Shown: piece after piece, positions 1-21,600 of the stretch
Layout: every line of letters begins with the position of its first letter
Position numbering within the stretch: the stretch's first letter is position 1
Assembly: GCF_009914755.1 (NCBI RefSeq)
Contig: NC_060925.1
Source: the human T2T-CHM13v2.0 reference genome, Homo sapiens
Strand: one strand, 5' to 3'
DNA length: 64,000 nucleotides
The notes under the pieces: generated by a model
Told to the model about the DNA's origin: nothing
Databases searched by the model: none
The model's input: only the letters and a program-made list of their open reading frames with translations
Program-made: the position numbers and the translations under genes

Positions 1-546
1 TCCTGTCTCCCAATCTTCTGTCTCTCCCAAAGCACTGGATGAAGCTGTTCTCTGAAATTCCCCTATCTGCCTAAAGTGCAGACCTGCTGCAGCAGAAAAC
101 AATGGCCTCCGATCCCTTCCCTGAGTTTCAAACGGCTGAACTCTCATCACAGGAATGAGGACTGAAGTCGGTCAACATGCCTGGACAGACCTTTTTTTTC
201 TAGCTGTAAATATATTTTTTAGCTATAAAATTGGCCCTGGTAGAAGCTGTCTTTGTCACAAACCAACAGACTGTCCCAGACCATTGTATGTTCTTCAAGC
301 CCGTTGAATTTCCCTAAAAAATATTTACTATCCCCCTAAAATAATGCACACTTCCTTATCTCCCTTTCCCCTAAGAGGAGAATAAAGGCCTCTGCACCCC
401 ATTGCATGGTGGGGTAACCACCCTGTGATTCTCCCCATGCATGTTAATAGATGTGTAAGCCTTTCCTCCTAGCAATCTGCCTTCTGTCAGCTGATTTTAT
501 AACAAAACTTCAGAAGATAAAGGGGAAGTTTTCCCTTGGCTCCTAA
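1..546 (+). mobile_element. ERV1 LTR (MER39-like), 3' part
   Basis: Ends aggggaagttttcccttggctcctaa, which resembles a MER39/MER34-type terminus. Confidence 0.6.
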
Positions 547-704
547 GCTGTCCACCCTGTTGATCAGAAGCAGGGCAATGCTGATAACACACCAGTAATG
601 TCCTGATCCTTGATGCTCCTGCCCCGCAACTTTCTAGGTCTGTGCAGTTAGCCCACATCTTTTTTTTCTTTCTCTCTCTTTTTTTTTTTTTAGACGGAGT
701 TTAG

Positions 705-842
<138 letters not shown>

Positions 843-1146
843 TAGTAGAGATGGGGTTTCTCCATGTTGGTCAGGCTTGTCTCAAACTCCCGACTTCAGG
901 TGATCTGCCTGCCTCGGCCTCCCAAAGTGCTGGGATTACAGGCGTGAGCCACCGCACCTGGCTAGCCCACATCTTATGATGTCCCATGTCTAGAGAGAGG
1001 GCTGTCGTCAACAATGACCTCAGATGCACACAAACCCTCAGTCAGTGCAAGAATCCAAGTATCCCCAGAGGGCCAGCAAGTCCAGTTCAAACAGGAGCTG
1101 GGAGGAAACCTGGCTGGTGCTCACCTGCTTGTTGGGGTAGGGGGCT

Positions 1147-1510
1147 GTTATAAAGTGAATTATGTCCCTTGAAATTCACAGGTTGAAGTCCTACCCCCAG
1201 GACCTCAGAATGTGGCTGTGTTTGGAGACAGAGCCATTAAAGAGGAAATAAAGGTAAATGAGTTCCTTGGGGTGGGCCCTACTCCCATAGGTCTGTTGTC
1301 CTCATAAGAAGGGATTAGGGCACAGACTCACAAGGAGGGATGGCCCTATGAGGACCGGGGAGGAGACTGCATCTACAGGCTCAGGAGAGACGCCTCAGGG
1401 GGAAATGACCTTGTTCACACCTTGATCTCGGACTCCAGCCTCCAGCACCATGAGAAAGTAAACTTCTATTGTTTATGGCACCCAGTCTCTCTGCTGCAGT
1501 GTTATGGTGG
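1147..1510 (+). mobile_element. MaLR LTR (MLT1), interrupted by a MER4 LTR
   Basis: MLT1 motifs: gttgaagtccta...cctcagaatgtg...ttgatctcggactccagcctccag. Confidence 0.7.
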
Positions 1511-1951
1511 TGTGAACCCTAAAAATCTGAGACAGGTCTCAGTTAATTTAGAAAGTTTATTTTGCCAAGGTTGAGGACATGTGCGTGACACAGCCTCAGG
1601 AAGTCCTGCCAACACGCGCCCAAGGTGGTTGGGGCACAGCTTGGTTTTATACATTTTAGGGAGACATGAGACATCAATTAATATATTAAGAAGTACATTA
1701 GCTCCATCCCAAAAGGCGGAGACAGCTCAAAACAAGGCCGCCCCACCCACACTGTACTGGGGGCTTCCAGGTCACAAGTAGATGAGAGAGACAGATGGTT
1801 GCATTCTTTTGAGTGTCTGATAAGTCTTTCCCAAGAGGCAATCAGAATATGCGTCTATCTCTGTGAGCAGAGGGATGACTGAATAGCATGTGAGGTAGAT
1901 TTGACCTGAGAGGTTCCCAGCCTGAAGGGGTCCAACTATCTTCCTTTCACA
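1511..1951. mobile_element. MER4-type solo LTR (copy 1)
   Basis: tgtgaacccta...gagacaggtctcagttaatttagaaag...tcctttcaca, flanked by gtgg/gcgg. Confidence 0.75.
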
Positions 1952-2285
1952 GCGGCCTGAACCAATTGAGACAGGGAGGTTGCAAGTTTTAGATGGAAGA
2001 AACCACAGAGCTGTAACTTATGTCTGAAGGGTGTGCAAGGCAAGCAAGGCCCTTTTGTGCTCTAGTCCGTATTTTTGTCAACATCCCGGTTCAAGCTGGG
2101 AACCAAGTGATAGGATCTGAACAGAGATTATCATTCATTCACTTCAGGGACCTGGGAGAGAAAACCAAATTTGCTTGGGTCAGGATTATGGAATTGCTTT
2201 ATATATAGTGAATCAAAGGCTTAGAATAATAATAATAATACCTATTATTATTATTACTTTCAGTTTAGAAATATCTTAGCTTCTA

Positions 2286-2627
<342 letters not shown>

Positions 2628-2738
2628 CTAAATTTGTTGTAATTTTGTCTTTTGATAGGCATAAGGATTAGATTGAACTAAAGGACACTGAGAATGCATC
2701 TCTTAAGTAAGTAAATAAAATAGAAATACCTTAGGTAT

Positions 2739-3206
2739 TTGAACTCTGAAAATTTGAGACAGGTCTCAGTTAATTTAGAAAGTTTATTTTGCCAAGGTTG
2801 AGGACAGGCACTCATGACACAGCCTCAGGAAGTCCTGACGACAAGTGCTCAAGGTGCTCGGGGCACAGCTTGGTTTTATGCATTTTAGGGAGACATGAGA
2901 CATCAGTCAATATATGTAAGTACATTGGTTCAGTCTGGAAAGGCAGGAAAACCTGAAGCAAAGGCAGAAAGATTCAAAGTGGGGAGGGGCCTTCCTGGTC
3001 ACAAATAGGTGAAACACAAACAGTTGCATTCTTTTGAGTTTCTGATTTGCCTTTCCAAAGGAGGCAATCAGATATGCATCTATTTCAGTGAGCAGACGGG
3101 TGACTTTAAATAGAATGGGAGGCAGGTTGGCCCTAAGCAGTTCCCAGCTTGACTTTTCTCTTTAGCCAAGTGACTTTGGGGCCCCAAGATTTATTTTCCT
3201 TTCACG
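2739..3206. mobile_element. MER4-type solo LTR (copy 2)
   Basis: Homologous to copy 1; has its own TSD GGTAT/GGTAT. Confidence 0.75.
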
Positions 3207-4496
3207 GGTATATTTAGATATTTAGAATCCTAATTTTTTGAGCAATTTTGACATCTGAAATATTGAAAAGATTACCATTACAATTGCATTTAAAATGAAA
3301 CATTGAGTAATTGGTTTTGACATGAGTTTTTAAGTTGAAAGGTTTAAAAATTATGCAAAGGCTATCCATAATATTGGATAATACAGTTAGCTTAATATTC
3401 GCCATCTTTAAGGGTAGCAGTTAATTTTGTGAACGTTATCTCTGCCTGCGTGGAGGGTTGCAGTGAGAGAGGCCAGGGCTCCTGGATGTTGAGGTATGGA
3501 TGGTAGCCCAGCCCACCCATGCTGTCTCTGGCCCTGCAGGTGACCACAGTCCCTCATTTTTGTCTGTGGTGGCGATGGTATCTGTGCAAGGCTGTGGTTT
3601 TTTTTTTTTTTTTTCTTTTTTAATCAGGCCCCTTCGTCATTTCCTTCCTTTTCTCCCTTGGCCCCTAGCTGGTGTGTGGCTCTGGGCTTGGGCCCTGCTC
3701 GAATGCATCCTCTTTCTCTGGCCGGAGCTGGTTCCAGCCCATGATGGGAGGTCTGACCACTGGGTCCTCAGGCCCTTCCCTGGTCATGATAATGGCATCA
3801 GTGCCTGGCCCAACACCCACCCTGGATATCTGGAGGAGGGGAGCTCTGATTTGCTGGGCTGGAGTGGCTGTCAATGGAAGCCCGACCTGGCCATTTGGCC
3901 TTGAGGAGACAATTGCCTGGGGCTGTAGGGGGACCACCCAGGAGGAAGGGGACGGAGGAAGAAGTGTGTGTCCTGGGACATCCCCAGGCTCCCAGGGCTC
4001 ACACTGCCTGACAGTATCAGGCTGCACTTGCAGTCTCAGGAGCCACAGGCCACCCTCCTCCACTGTCATTTACAGCCATCTGCAGTTAGGTCCTGTCACC
4101 CGCAACCTAAAGCTCCTGACACATCAAAGCAGCACACAGAGGCTTGTGGGAGTTGATGCCATCAGCCCATTTGTAATGTGTCCTCGATTTGAGAACCATG
4201 TTGGATAAGGTTGTGGTCATCAGTGGGCACTCATTTTAGTGAGGCAAGGGTGGGATTGCCTAAATGCATGTGAGATTGAAGAGCCAAGAAGACATTTTGA
4301 ATTGTATTATTTATTTGACTGTGGTTGAAACATGCAGCATGAGTTGTGCCCTCCAAACAGATCTGGTGTAGGTACAGAACTGCTCAGGTATCATTTATTG
4401 CATGCTACTCTACTCAGGCACAAGGCTCTAGTTAAAAAGCATACATCTCAGCTCAGAGTCCACCTTTATCACCAGCCTGTGTGGGCCCCCTCTTAT

Positions 4497-4498
<2 letters not shown>

Positions 4499-4542
<44 letters not shown>
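4499..4542. repeat. (CA)n microsatellite (also (TG)n at 4835-4867 and (CA)n at 44439-44468)
   Basis: Direct reading of the sequence. Confidence 0.95.
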
Positions 4543-4544
<2 letters not shown>

Positions 4545-5854
4545 CCAAGTACCTTGCCTGTTAAACCCATTTTCCTTGCTTAAAGGAAAGGGGTTTCCAT
4601 CCCCTGCAACTCAAGACATACAGGAAAAATCAATGGACATGTTTTTTTCCAACTCTCCACTCAACATGACCCTTCTGCCACCAGATGTTGGCAGGAGTGT
4701 TTTCCCACACACCAAGCAAGCAACTCTGCAGATTCCCCAGTGGACACCAGCTGGGCGTCCTCCAGTGCAATTCTAACACCAGAACAATGTAGACAGAAAT
4801 GTTTAAAAAGAGACTTTATTTTCAGCAGGTTGGAGTGTGTGTGTGTGTGTGTGTTTGTGTGTGTGTGTTAACATGCTTAGTCTCCTTTAGTAAGACACAG
4901 GGACTGGACTGAACCATCTGGAAGACATCTCTCCATTTTGACACTTTATGATTCCCCCCTACCTTTTTTTCACTTACACATAGAAAATTTGGTGTCAACT
5001 GAAATAAACCGAGACAAGCTCTCTAAAAGAAATTTATTTGGGAATAAAGCATTGCAATGGGAATACGTGTGCCATAGTAAAAAGTAAGTGCGTATTCAGA
5101 GAGGTAAAGGAAGACAAAGGTTTTTAAAGGAAAAAAATAAGAAGAATTACATAATTGTTTTGAAATAATTATCTGTGGTTAGAAATATCAATAACAAGGG
5201 TGACACCAGTCCGAAGTTAAACAGGAGGTTACTGGGGAGATGTCCTTGCAAATGTCTTTTTTGTGTACCCTGGCGATGTCCTCTGAGCAAGGCTGTGGTT
5301 TTTGTAGTCTCTTTTTTTTTTTAAATCAGGCATGCAAGCCCAAAAATCTTCTCTTCAGGACTTCTCCAATCCTATTGGTCAGGGTTTTGTGAACATTCGT
5401 GACTCCATTTCTATTCTGACAATTTTCTCAGGCAGAAGAGCAGAGTGACTTCATACCACGTAGGAAGTTGTGTTTCTTAGTTGTATTTCGCCTTTTAGGA
5501 GCAATGAAAATTAATTACTTCAGATTCCTTTTTCCCTGTGCCGGACATGAGATTTCCCAAGTCATATCTTCCTATCCAAACATCCTTGCATCTCCCATAT
5601 TTCTTTTAAATACACAGCTTATGGCCTCTTCAACATTCGTTTTTGTACACTCTGATTTGTGAGACTACAATTTTAAACAGGGTAACCCGCAATGCCATAA
5701 AATACATATAACAAAAGACACATCAAATATACAAGGGAAATGTGGGATTAAAATTTCCTGTAATTAAGGCTGGGTGTGGTGGCTCTCAACTGTAATCCCA
5801 GCACTTTGGTAGGCTGAGGCGGGTGGATCACATGAGGTCACGGGTTCGAGACTA

Positions 5855-6007
<153 letters not shown>

Positions 6008-6325
6008 CTACTGTACTCCAGCCTGGGTGACAGAGTAAGACTGTCTCAAAAATTTCCTATAATTAGAATCGTTTACCTCTCTTCTAGTCATCCATTTTTT
6101 GGTTGTTTCTGTTGCCTTACAAAAAAAAAAAAAAGACTGGCCAGGAGTGGTGGCTTACGCCTGTAATCCCAACACTTTGGGAGGCCAAGGCAGGTGCATC
6201 ACCTGAGGTCAGGTGCATCACCTGAGGTCAGGAGTCTAAGACCAGCCTGATCAACAAGGTGAAACCCTGTCTCTACTAAAAATACAAAAATTAGCTGGGC
6301 GTGGTGGCAGGTGCCTTTAGTCCTA

Positions 6326-6484
<159 letters not shown>

Positions 6485-6939
6485 TTAGAGAAAATATTCA
6501 CATGCTTTTGTGGTTGCCAGTGAAATCCCCAAACATTTTACATTAATCAGTTGAAAATATTATCCTGAGAAGATGATGGTTCAGCATCCAGCACCGTTTT
6601 GTGGCGGAACAGTGTCTTATTCAGTTCTTTGATGCCAATGCGATGGGAATTCAAGAGCCCAGAGACATCCAAGACTCGTCAATGTTCTTCTGTCTTTGTG
6701 GAATCTATGAGATGTCATGCTGAGAAAAAACAAACAAACAAACAAACAAACAAAAAACCCACTGCCCACTTTGATCCTGTCTCTGATCAGAAAGTGAAAG
6801 CCTTCAATTTTCCAAACAGTTCAAGAGGCACATGAGGGAGGAGGAGTACTCTTTCCCCACCCAACTGAGTGCTCAAACGGCATCAGGCTCAGTCTCTAAT
6901 CTGGAGGGTAGAGAGGAGGGAGGCTGGACAGAGAAGTGC

Positions 6940-8181
<1,242 letters not shown>

Positions 8182-8604
8182 ACCAGCCACCCTGTCTTGG
8201 GAAGTGGGGATGCTGGCACCACACAATGTGGATTCTGCTGGTGGTAAGGGAGAGAGGCTTTCAGGCAACAATCTTTGCCAGTGTATACTTCCAAAAGTCT
8301 CTAATGCACACATGTGCAAGTTCATGGCTGCTACCATTTGCTAAGCCATGCCCCTAGTATTGGACCTTCAAGGTTTTTTTTTTTTTCTCCAAAATGAATA
8401 GTGATATGACATACATTTCTCTTTCTTTCTTCTCTTTCTTCCTCTCCCTTCCTCCCTCCCTCCCTTCCTTTCTCTCTTTCTTTCCTTCCTTCTTTTTCTC
8501 CTTCCTTCCTTCCTTTTCTTTCTTTCCTTCCTTTCTTCTTTTTCTTTTCCCTTTCTTCCTTCCTTCCTCTCTCCCTCCACTCCTTCCTTCTCTCCCCCAC
8601 CCCC

Positions 8605-8637
<33 letters not shown>

Positions 8638-8951
8638 TTCTTTTTTTTAAGACAAGGTCTTAAAAAATTCTCTCATTTCCCAGGCTGGAGTGCAGTGGCA
8701 TGATCACGGCTCACTACAGGCTCAATCTCCTGTGCTCGGGTGATCCTCCCACCTCAGCCTCCCAAGTAGTTGGGTCCACAGGTGCGTGCCACCACGCCCA
8801 GCTAAATTTTAAAAATTTTCTGTACAGACAGGTTCTTGCCATGTTCCCCAGGCTGGTGTTGAACTACTGGGCTCAAGCTATCCACTCACCTCAGCCTCCC
8901 AAAGTGCTGGGATTAACAGGCATGAGCCACCTCTCCCAGCCACATTTCTAA

Positions 8952-9433
<482 letters not shown>

Positions 9434-10245
9434 TAGCTGGGACCACAGGCGTGCACCACCATGCCCAACTAATTTTTGTATTTTTAGTAGAGACGGGGTT
9501 TCACCATGTTGGCCAGGATGGTCTCGATCTCTTGATCTTGTGATCCACCTGCCTCAGCCTCCCAAAGTGCTGGGATTACAGGCGTGTGCCACCACATCCA
9601 GCCTAATTTTTGTATTTTTAGTAGAGATAGGGTTTCACTATGTTGGCCAGGCTGGTCTTGAACTCCTGACCTCAGATGATTCACCCGCCTCGGCCTCCCA
9701 AAGTGCTGTGTTTACAGGCCTGAGCCACGGCTCCCGGCCAAGTTTCCTTTTTTTTGTTTGGTCTGCTTACTTAATAGTGGAAAGAAAGAGAGTCTCGTTT
9801 TATTTTCCTCTTTCTTAACTGGGCAGAGTGTACATTTTTTTCTCATGTGTGTTCAATCATTTGTGTGCTTTTTTTTTTGTGATTTGAAAAATCCCATGAC
9901 AAGGTGTATTTTCCATCATGCTTTTCCTTACCTAATTTTATAAACTCTTTGTATATTTGTGGTTACAATGTTCCTAATTTGGCTATTTGCCTTTAATTAT
10001 AATTTTTGATATTTTCTCATTCACAAGATTAGTTCATTATGAAGTTTGCTCATTTTTTATATTTTTTACTTTTCTCTCCAGCAAGTTCCTAGTTGACTCA
10101 ACAATATCAGCAAGGCTCGGCTGGAAGCCTCTAATCTTTACTACACAGAAATAACCTCGGTTTACTATTCATGTTTCCCACGGGCATCTAGTGCATTTCC
10201 AAGTCGATTTAAAAAATCTTCACAAAGACAAAAATACCTCATTAG

Positions 10246-10407
<162 letters not shown>

Positions 10408-10791
10408 TGAGTAGCTGGGATTACAGGCATGCGCCACCACGCCCGGCTAATTTGTGTATTTTTAGTAGAGACGGGGTTTCACCATGAGCCAGGATGGTCT
10501 CATATCTTGACCTTGTGATCCGCTCGCCTCGGCCTCGCAAAGTGCTGGGATTAGAGACGTGAGCCACGGCGCCCGGCCCAGATTAATTTTTTAAAATGCA
10601 AAACTTGCACAATCTTATTTTAACCATGCTTGCTTGTTTTCAAAATAATTAAAAAACAAAAACACAAGATTGCTCTTCCCAAAGGCTTATTTCTTTCCTT
10701 TAAATTTATTTTTTAAAGAAAAGCTAACGGCCGGGTGTAGTGGCTCACGCCTGTAATCCCAGCACTTTGGGAGGCAGAGGCGGGTGGATTA

Positions 10792-11007
<216 letters not shown>

Positions 11008-11164
11008 TCAAAAAAGAAAGAAAAGCAAAGCAAAGCTAACAAATGCTCTTCTGTCATGCATCATCACAGAATCAATGAGAGCTCCCCCCAGCCAGGAGAC
11101 AGCGGACAACCAGGGTAGCTTCCCAGGGGGCCAGAGGGAGGCTGCGCGAGAAGAGGCTCAGCGG

Positions 11165-11400
11165 GATGGGTCCACGCAGGGAGATCCCACGCAGGGTGGG
11201 CGTATACGAGTGTCCACGTCCGGAGGGCCGTTCAAGGGCGGGTCCCTGAAGGAAGGGTGCACGCAGGGCACGTCCACGCGGGCAGGCCCGTGCACGCAGG
11301 GCGTGCCCATGCAGGGCGGGTCCGTGCAGGATGAGAGCAGCGGAGGAGGCCCACGCAGGCCATTTCCCGCCCCGTCCCCAGCCCACGCGGGCGAGCTACC
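11165..11400 (+). repeat. Degenerate ~15-bp tandem repeat (core ccacgcaggg)
   Basis: Recurrent gtccacgcaggg / cccacgcaggg / tgcacgcaggg / cccatgcaggg motifs. Confidence 0.7.
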
Positions 11401-11585
11401 GCGGGGGTACGCGCAGCTCAGATCCTAGCAGCTTACAAAAACAACCTTTTAAAAATGGAACCTTCAAGTAAAAATAAAACTTTGTTTCCCTCTTTCGCAG
11501 GAGTTACTGAAGTAGGAAGGGACAGCCCAGTAAGATTTCAGGATACGACTTGGGCCGGTCCGCAGGCAGTAGAGTGAAGCGCGCA

Positions 11586-11837
11586 GCTGCCAGGACTTGC
11601 GCGGTGACGTGCGCCGCTGCCAGGACCTTGCAGGTGGAGAGCATAGTTGCCAAAATCAAGGCGGAGGAGCGCACCGCCGCTAGGATCCAGGCGGAGAAGC
11701 CCACCGCGGCCAGGACCTAAGGATGCAGTACACTGCTGCCAGGATCTTGTCTGTGGAGCGCAGCGCGGCCAGGACCTCCGGCTGCAGCACACCGCTGCCA
11801 GGATCTTATCGGCAGAGCGCTCCGCGGTCCGGACCCC
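11586..11837 (+). repeat. Degenerate 29-30-bp tandem repeat, 8 full units plus a partial (core gcNgccaggaYc)
   Basis: Units start at 11586, 11616, 11646, 11676, 11706, 11735, 11765, 11794 and 11824. Confidence 0.85.
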
Positions 11838-11987
11838 GCCCCGTGCGCGTCCCCGACCCCGCCCCGTGCGCGTCCCCGGCGTTGGCGTCTTCGTCCTGTT
11901 GCTGGTCTCCGTCCGGTCGCCGGCCGTCTAGGTCTCCGGCCCTCCCCAGCCGCTCCTGCGCCCTTGCCGGCCCCGCCGCCCGCAGCC

Positions 11988-18382
<6,395 letters not shown>

Positions 18383-18385
<3 letters not shown>

Positions 18386-19480
18386 TGGCGCCAACCCGTG
18401 GCAGTCCCAGAGCTGGAGGCAGGAGGATGGATCCTCATCTCCATGGGAAGTGTCAGCGTGTGGCTGCCAGGGAAGCGTGGCAGGCGCCTGGCCTTGGGTC
18501 CATCTACATAGTTGCGTGTTTCAACAATGTCCATTTATCCTTCACCCCGAGGCGTGTTTTGGGGGCTGCAAACACCTCCCGGTAGAGGCTGGACCTGAGG
18601 ACCCTTCCCACCTGTGCCCGTCCCTTCCTGAAGTCCTAGCCACAGCCCATCCTCCATGAGTCCCGGCAGCTCTGGGTCATGCCCTTCCCTGGTCACCCAT
18701 CTGCCCCTCACCTCGTCATCCAGGGACCCAGACCCTGCACCTTCCATGTGGGCCCACAGATCCTTGGCAGGTACCTGAGGTGCACCATTGAGTGTCGGAT
18801 TTGGGGTTAGCATCCAGAAAGAAGAATGCGCATGACGCTCTGTGAAGGCTGGAACTCAGGTCTTCAGGGAGAGAAAGGAAGACTGGATTGCACCTTGATG
18901 CCTCCTGAGGAGGCGGCCCCCCTCTTGAGGTGGGCGTGGGCCCGGCCCAGCCTTATCCAAGTCGCTCTGTCCACCTCCCCCTTCCTGGCCCCCACCCCAC
19001 TCCTGTGCCTCCCAGGAGCCCTCCCTGTGCTCCACCTGCCTCCGCAGAAGGAAGCCTCTTTCTCTGTTTCCCTGGGTGAGGGGGCTGGCAGGTGGCTAAC
19101 CCCATTTAGCATCTCCAGGCCCTGCCATCGTGTCTCATCTTGCTGTTATCTCTAGCTCTTTCCCTCCTCCCATTTCCTTTAGTAGTTGAATTTTGCAAAG
19201 CTTGTAGCAGTAGCTCAGTTGCCTGCAGCATCCTTGTGTGTAGATAAATTAGTCGACAGAAACTCAGCACTGGGGACAGGATTGCAAAGTCGGGGACATA
19301 GATGCAGACAGTTGTTGAGATTTGGGGATAGCCAGGCTTGTGAGCGGTGCCCATTTCCAGATGAAGCCTTTCAGCCCTTCTGAGTCCCCGGCCCTTGGTG
19401 CGATGTCTGTGAGTTTGACCTGCCCAGCGTGTGGGCTGGCTCAATGCTGAATAAAGTGGGTTTGTGTCAGCTCGTTTGCT
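18383..19480 (+). other. RNF187: RNF187 terminal exon (stop codon + 3'UTR up to the proximal poly(A) site; longer UTR isoforms possible)
   Basis: A long CT-rich polypyrimidine tract (18290-18380) is followed by catgcag|TGA. AATAAA lies at 19450-19455. Confidence 0.8.
19450..19455 (+). terminator. Polyadenylation signal AATAAA
   Basis: Canonical hexamer followed by GT/T-rich downstream sequence (gtttgcttcgtctccgtgtgt). Confidence 0.75.
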
Positions 19481-20239
19481 TCGTCTCCGTGTGTCCACCT
19501 GGCCTCTTCCCCCTGCCCTGGCCACCCTCCAGTGTCAAAGGAAACTTCCTCGTGACACGTGCTAAAGCATGGTGAGGAGGACTTTGATTGGGACCATTGA
19601 GATGGGTGTGGGACCCTTTCCTTGGGGCCTGGGGGGAGATGGGGCTCCACCCCGACGTAGCAGGGCAGGGGTTGGAGGAGCGAGGAGCAGTATAGGGTCC
19701 ATGGGTGGGAATGACTGTGAGGAGACATCAGGGCTGAGGGGGCTCTGGCTAAACCCACCTCACAGAGTCCTTGCTGCAGGCAGGCAGGGCGATCAGACAT
19801 TGGCTGCAAACGGTCAGAGAGGAACCCAGTCAGGTACCATTGAGGGTGGTCAGATATTATGGTTAACCAAATTAGGGTTCTTGCTAAAACTGGATTTCAT
19901 AAGAAAGGGCAAAGAGGGCCCTAGGAGAAGATTCCAGAGCCTGGCCAGAGTTTGGCCAAGTAGAGAATCTTTGTCAGCACGCCAACAACATCCCGACCCT
20001 GAGACCTCCAGTTTGTCTTTCTCACTGTCTCCGCCTGCTGCAGTCTGCTGTCATCCCTGAGCATCCCTGCCCCTGCCCTGCACACCTGTGATGCTTGCCC
20101 GGACAGGTCCTGATGGCAGAGTCTCCCACAACATCAGTGTCTCCACATCACCAGGTCCGACAGTGGCTTCACCATCCTCACCTAACCTAGCTGACCAGCA
20201 ACATCCCACCCTGTCAATCACAACCTCTTTCTATTTAAG

Positions 20240-21600
20240 AAAATTATATATTTATGGGGCACAGTGTGATGTTTTGATATCTATGTACATTGTGGAGTGA
20301 CAGATTAATGTATCCATCTCATGTTTTTTTTGGTGGTGAGAATATTTGAAATCTACACTCAGCAATTTCAAATACAGTCATCCCTCTGTGCCTAAGGGGG
20401 ATTGGTTCCAGGACCCCCTCATGGATACCAAAATCTGCAGATACTCAAGTACCCTGCAGTCAGCCCTCCCTCTGCACATATGTGGGACAGTCAGATACAG
20501 AGGGCCAACTGCGTACAGTACACGGTTATCAGCTGAAGTCACCATGCTGTGCAATAGACCTTGAGTTTATTCTTGTATAGCAGGGACTCTGTACCCTCTG
20601 ACTAGAATTTCCCCAAATCCTCTTGTCTCAGCCCCTGCTAACCACCGTTCTACTCTCTAATTCTATAAATCAACATTTTGATTCCACATATAAGTGAGAT
20701 CATGTGATATTTGTCCTGTTCCTGGCTTATTTCACTTAATATAAATGTCCTGTAAATTCACCCATGTTGCAAATGGCAGGGTTTCCTTTTTTATGGCCAA
20801 ATAGTATTCCATGATGTGTATACACCACATTTTCTTAAGCCATTTATCCACTTTATCCCTTTATCACTTTGCTTCTAGACCACGTAGGTTGATTCCGTAT
20901 CTTGACTGTTGTAAAAGTGCTCTTAAGAAACACAGGAGTGTGGGTATCTCTTCCATATATTCATGTCGTTTCCTTTGGGAAAATACTTAGCAGTAGGATT
21001 GCTGGGTCACGGTACTCTTTTTAAGTTTTTGAATAACCTCCATATGCTTCTCCATAATGGCTATAATAATTTACATACTCACCAACATTTATTTTCTTTG
21101 AAATTAGTCATTCTAAGAAGTGTGAGATAATCTCATTGTGATTTGGTTTACGTTTCCCTGATGATTAATGATGTTGAGCATTTTTTTATATACCTGTTGG
21201 CCATTGGTATGTCTTCTTTTGAGAAGTGTCTCTTCAGGTTCTTTGCTCATTTTTTAGTCGTTTATTTGCTTTCCTGCTATTGAGTTTGAGTTCCATGTAT
21301 ATTTTGGATATTAACCCCCTACTTAATGTATGGTTTGCAAATACTCTATCCCAATTTGTGAGTTGTCTTCACTCTGTTTATGATTTCCTTTGCTGTGCAG
21401 AAGCTTTTTAGCTCTATGCAATCATGTATGTTTATTTTTCTTTTGTTGCTTGTGCTTTTAGGGTCATATGCAAGAAGTGATACAACCCTGAAACCTAGGC
21501 CAGTGTCATGGAGTTTTTCACCTGTGTTTTCTTCTACTGGCTTTACAGTTTCAGGCCTTACAATTAAGCCCTTGTCTGTTTTGAATGGATTTTTGTGTAG
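20240..21600 (-). mobile_element. Old L1M 3' fragment with an embedded MER2-like element (~20375-20500)
   Basis: L1 3'UTR/ORF2 C-terminal similarity ([17 protein letters not shown]). Confidence 0.75.

Noticed and set aside
6192-6232. 19-bp tandem duplication inside an Alu
   Set aside because: Routine slippage with no functional hint.
11964-11966. TTG start proposed by the ORF track for RNF187
   Set aside because: Poor context (cccTTGc) compared with gccCTGg at 11988, which gives the 235-aa protein I recognise.
19985-20040. PRY-like remnant (HPDPETSSLSFSLS) downstream of RNF187
   Set aside because: Only DPET matches; no following PRY/SPRY motifs.
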